Below, piece by piece: positions 34,677 to 37,723 of a stretch of 37,723 bases of DNA. The translations under genes were made by a program, and so were the position numbers. A model generated the notes under the pieces. The model did no database searches. It saw only the letters and a list, made by a program, of their open reading frames with translations, and was not told the origin of the DNA. Numbering within the stretch: position 1 is the first letter of the stretch; the number at the start of each line of letters is the position of its first letter. The stretch is from Squalus acanthias (Eukaryota), in the NCBI GenBank assembly GCA_030390025.1, contig JASTWF010000367.1, positions 434,001 to 471,723 on the forward strand. The letters are read 5' to 3'.

Positions 34677-37618
34677 TATGGCAGGGGGCTAGACACCTAT
34701 GTAGTGAAATAGAGGAAAGTGAAAGGCAGACAGAAATAAATGGTAAAAGGGTGAGGAACAAAAAACAAAGGGCCAAACTAATTCATAAAAAATGTGAGCA
34801 TAAAAAAAGCCTGAGGGTTTTATACCTTAATGCGAGAAGCATCAGGAACAAGGTAGATGAATTAGCTGTGGAAATAGAGGTTAATAATTATGATCTAATT
34901 GGGATTACGGAAACATGGTTGCAGGGTGAGCAGGGCTGGGAGCTTAACATACAGGGGTATTCAGTATTTAGGAAGGATCGACAAAAAAGAAAGGGAGGAG
35001 GGGTAGCATTGCTGGTAAAAGAGGGGATAAATGCAATTGAAAGGAAGGATATTAACTCAGTTAATACAGAATCTATATGGGTGGAGCTAAGAAATAGCGA
35101 GGGGCGAAAAACATTAATAGGAGTGGTATATAGGCCTCCAAATAGTAAAATAGAGGTTGGGGAGGGCATCACGAGGGAAATTAGAGAAGCGTGCAATAAG
35201 AGCACAGCTGTCATCATAGGTGACTTTAACTTACATATAGATTGGAATAGCCTAATCAGTAAAAATAATGAGGAGGAGGAATTCCTTGAGTGTTTAAGGG
35301 ATGGTTATCTGGATCAATATGTCGAGGAACCAACTCGGGAACAGGCTATATTGGACTGGGTACTGTGCAATGAGAAGGGACTAATTAGTAATCTTGTTGT
35401 ACGGGGACCCTTGGGTCAGAGCGATCATAACATGATCGATTTCTCACTCGAAATGGAGAGCGAAGAAATTGACTCAGAGACTAAGGTCCTGAATTTAAAC
35501 AAAGGGAATTATGATGCCATTAGACGGGAACTGAGTAGGTCTGATTGGACAACGTTCCTGGGAGGACTGGAGGTAGATAAACAATGGCAAGCATTTAAAG
35601 ATAGAATGACAATATTGCAAAAATTGTTTATACCAATCTGGCATAAAAGGAAATCTAAAAAGGTGACTCAACCGTGGATAACAGGGGAAATTAGAGACAG
35701 CATAAAATCCAAAGATAGGGCGTATAAAATAGCCGAAAAAAGCACCAGAGCGGAAGATTGGGAACAGATTAAGAAAGAGCAAAGGAGGACAAAGGGCTTA
35801 ATCAAGAGGGGCAAAATAGCTTACAAAAGCAAGCTGGCGGAAAATAGAAAAACTAACTCCAAAAGCTTTTATAAGTATATCAAGAGGAAAAGACTGGTGA
35901 AAACCAAAGTTGGCCCATTGCAGTCAGATACGGGGGAATATATAACGGGAAATAAGGAAATGGCAGACCAACTAAATGCATACTTTGGGTCAGTCTTTAC
36001 GAAGGAAGACACAAAAAACCTCCCTGGGATATCGGGAAAAATAGGGACATTGGCAAAGGAGGAACTGACGCAAATCAATATCTCTAAGGATATGGTGTTA
36101 AGGAAGCTAAAGGGATTGAAGGCGGACAAATCCCCAGGGCCTGATAACATGCATCCTAGGGTACTGAAGGAGGTGGCCCTAGAGATAGCGGATGCACTAA
36201 GTATGATTTTTCAGAATTCATTAGACTCGGGAACAGTGCCCATGGATTGGAGGGTAGCTAACGTTACCCCACTATTCAAAAAGGGGGGTAGGGAAAAAGC
36301 AGGTAATTACAGACCTGTAAGCCTTACATCAGTTGTGGGCAAAATGCTGGAGTCCATCATTAAGGATGAAATAGCGGAGCACTTAGCAAATGGGGACAGG
36401 ATAGGACAGAGTCAACATGGATTTACAAAGGGTAAATCGTGCTTGACTAATCTATTGGAATTTTTTGAGGGAGTAACTGGTAAAATAGATGGGGGAGAGC
36501 CAGTAGATGTGGTGTACCTGGACTTCCAAAAGGCCTTCGATAAGGTCCCACATAAAAGATTAGCATGGAAAATTGAAGCTCATGGGATAAAGGGGAAAGT
36601 ATTGACGTGGATAGAGAACTGGCTGTCAGATAGAAAACAGAGAGTTGGAATAAACGGCTCATTTTCTGAATGGCAGGCAGTAACAAGTGGGGTACCACAG
36701 GGATCTGTCCTGGGTCCCCAGCTGTTCACAATTTACATTAATGACCTGGATCAGGGAGTCGGATGCAGCATTTCCAAATTTGCAGACGACACTAAACTAG
36801 GAGGGGGGGTGGGCTCAGAGGAGGAGACCAGGAAGCTCCAGAGCGATTTGGACAGACTGGGTGATTGGGCGGATAAATGGCAGATGCACTATAATGTGGA
36901 CAAGTGCGAAGTTATCCACCTTGGGTGCAGGAACGGGAGGGCAAATTATTATTTAAATGGCAATAAATTGGGAGAGGGGGAAGTACAGAGAGACCTGGGT
37001 GTTCTTGTACACCAGTCACTGAAGGCGAGCATGCAGGTGCAACAGGCGGTCAAGAAGGCAAACGGTATGCTGGCCTTCATAGCAAAAGGGTTGGAATACA
37101 GGAACAGGGATACCTTGCTGCAGCTGTACAGGGCACTGGTGAGACCACACCTCGAGTACTGTGTACAGTTTTGGTCGCCTCATCTGAGGAAAGATGTTCT
37201 TGCCATGGAGGGGGTGCAGCGGCGATTCACCAGGCTGATACCAGGAATGGCGGGATTGACCTATGAGGAGAGACTATGTAGTTTAGGGATGTACACACTG
37301 GAGTTTAGAAGATTGAGAGGGGACCTCATAGAAGTGTATAAAATTCTGACAGGTCTAGACAGACTAGATGTAGAAGGAATGCTTCCCTTAGCGGGTGAGA
37401 ACAGAACTAGAGGACATAATTTAAGGATAAGGGCTAAACCATTTAGGACAGAAATGAGGGGGAATTTCTTCACTCAGAGGGTGGTGAACCTGTGGAACTC
37501 ATTGCCACAGAGGGCAGTGTACGCTAGCTCATTAAATATATTTAAGAGGGAATTAGATATGTTTCTACAGGCAAAAGGGGTTAAGGGTTACGGAGAGAAG
37601 GCGGGGACGGGATACTGA
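34652..37618 (+). CDS. CR1-D ORF2p: APE endonuclease + reverse transcriptase, intact, no upstream AUG
   Basis: The frame is open from 34652 (after TAA 34649-51) to TGA 37618. Motifs YLNARSI, ITETW, YRPP, GDFN, SDH, QHGF, YLDFQKAFDKV, GVPQGS and FADD are present. The ORF-track start at 34751 is a GTG. Confidence 0.95.
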   Translation, partial: SSSGAFKLVWQGARHLCSEIEESERQTEINGKRVRNKKQRAKLIHKKCEHKKSLRVLYLNARSIRNKVDELAVEIEVNNYDLIGITETWLQGEQGWELNIQGYSVFRKDRQKRKGGGVALLVKEGINAIERKDINSVNTESIWVELRNSEGRKTLIGVVYRPPNSKIEVGEGITREIREACNKSTAVIIGDFNLHIDWNSLISKNNEEEEFLECLRDGYLDQYVEEPTREQAILDWVLCNEKGLISNLVVRGPLGQSDHNMIDFSLEMESEEIDSETKVLNLNKGNYDAIRRELSRSDWTTFLGGLEVDKQWQAFKDRMTILQKLFIPIWHKRKSKKVTQPWITGEIRDSIKSKDRAYKIAEKSTRAEDWEQIKKEQRRTKGLIKRGKIAYKSKLAENRKTNSKSFYKYIKRKRLVKTKVGPLQSDTGEYITGNKEMADQLNAYFGSVFTKEDTKNLPGISGKIGTLAKEELTQINISKDMVLRKLKGLKADKSPGPDNMHPRVLKEVALEIADALSMIFQNSLDSGTVPMDWRVANVTPLFKKGGREKAGNYRPVSLTSVVGKMLESIIKDEIAEHLANGDRIGQSQHGFTKGKSCLTNLLEFFEGVTGKIDGGEPVDVVYLDFQKAFDKVPHKRLAWKIEAHGIKGKVLTWIENWLSDRKQRVGINGSFSEWQAVTSGVPQGSVLGPQLFTIYINDLDQGVGCSISKFADDTKLGGGVGSEEETRKLQSDLDRLGDWADKWQMHYNVDKCEVIHLGCRNGRANYYLNGNKLGEGEVQRDLGVLVHQSLKASMQVQQAVKKANGMLAFIAKGLEYRNRDTLLQLYRALVRPHLEYCVQFWSPHLRKDVLAMEGVQRRFTRLIPGMAGLTYEERLCSLGMYTLEFRRLRGDLIEVYKILTGLDRLDVEGMLPLAGENRTRGHNLRIRAKPFRTEMRGNFFTQRVVNLWNSLPQRAVYASSLNIFKRELDMFLQAKGVKGYGEKAGTGY

Positions 37619-37723
37619 ATTGGAGGATCAGCCATGATCTCATTAAATGGCGGAGCAGGCTCGAAGGGCCGGATGGCCTACTCCTGCTCCTATCTTCTAT
37701 GTATGTATCTATGTACCAAGCCC

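Larger units (their letters stand above)
33294..37714 (+). mobile_element. Full-length, near-intact CR1-clade LINE (CR1-D)
   Basis: ~430-nt 5'UTR, ORF1, uninterrupted ORF2, 3' hairpin (GGAGCAGG 37652-59 / CCTGCTCC 37683-90 enclosing GGGCC-GGAT-GGCCT) and (TATG)-type tail. Minisatellite-like sequence resumes at 37715. Confidence 0.96.

Noticed and set aside
34751..34753. GTG given as the ORF2 start by the ORF track
   Set aside because: It is a prokaryote-style start call. The frame is open 99 nt further upstream into ORF1, so nothing singles out this codon.

Overview
Eukaryotic, repeat-dominated vertebrate DNA. The LINE 3' tails suggest a cartilaginous fish (inference). No host protein-coding gene is confidently recognisable. 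The window is a tandem segmental duplication with a ~13-14.5 kb unit: 21-bp C-rich/G-rich minisatellite, 39-bp BamHI satellite, ~2.5 kb unique core carrying a duplicated promoter/splice-signal module, second 39-bp array, CR1 remnants, AT-rich spacer. Two full units and the stub of a third are present. The units are invaded by retroelements: a decayed near-full-length CR1 LINE (1525-5710), nested CR1 fragments, a 5'-truncated Penelope-like element with an 11-bp TSD and a hammerhead ribozyme (16350-18014), and an almost intact full-length CR1 (33294-37714). An old L2 fragment lies at the left edge. Most notable: (i) an in-phase U_UUA_AAC -1 frameshift heptamer ends ORF1 in both long CR1s, and the intact ORF2 has no AUG before its endonuclease catalytic residues; (ii) a minimal hammerhead ribozyme; (iii) a four-copy promoter/non-coding-exon/splice-donor module pointing into the G-rich strand of the minisatellite. 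Most ORFs in the supplied track are artefacts of stop-poor tandem repeats.
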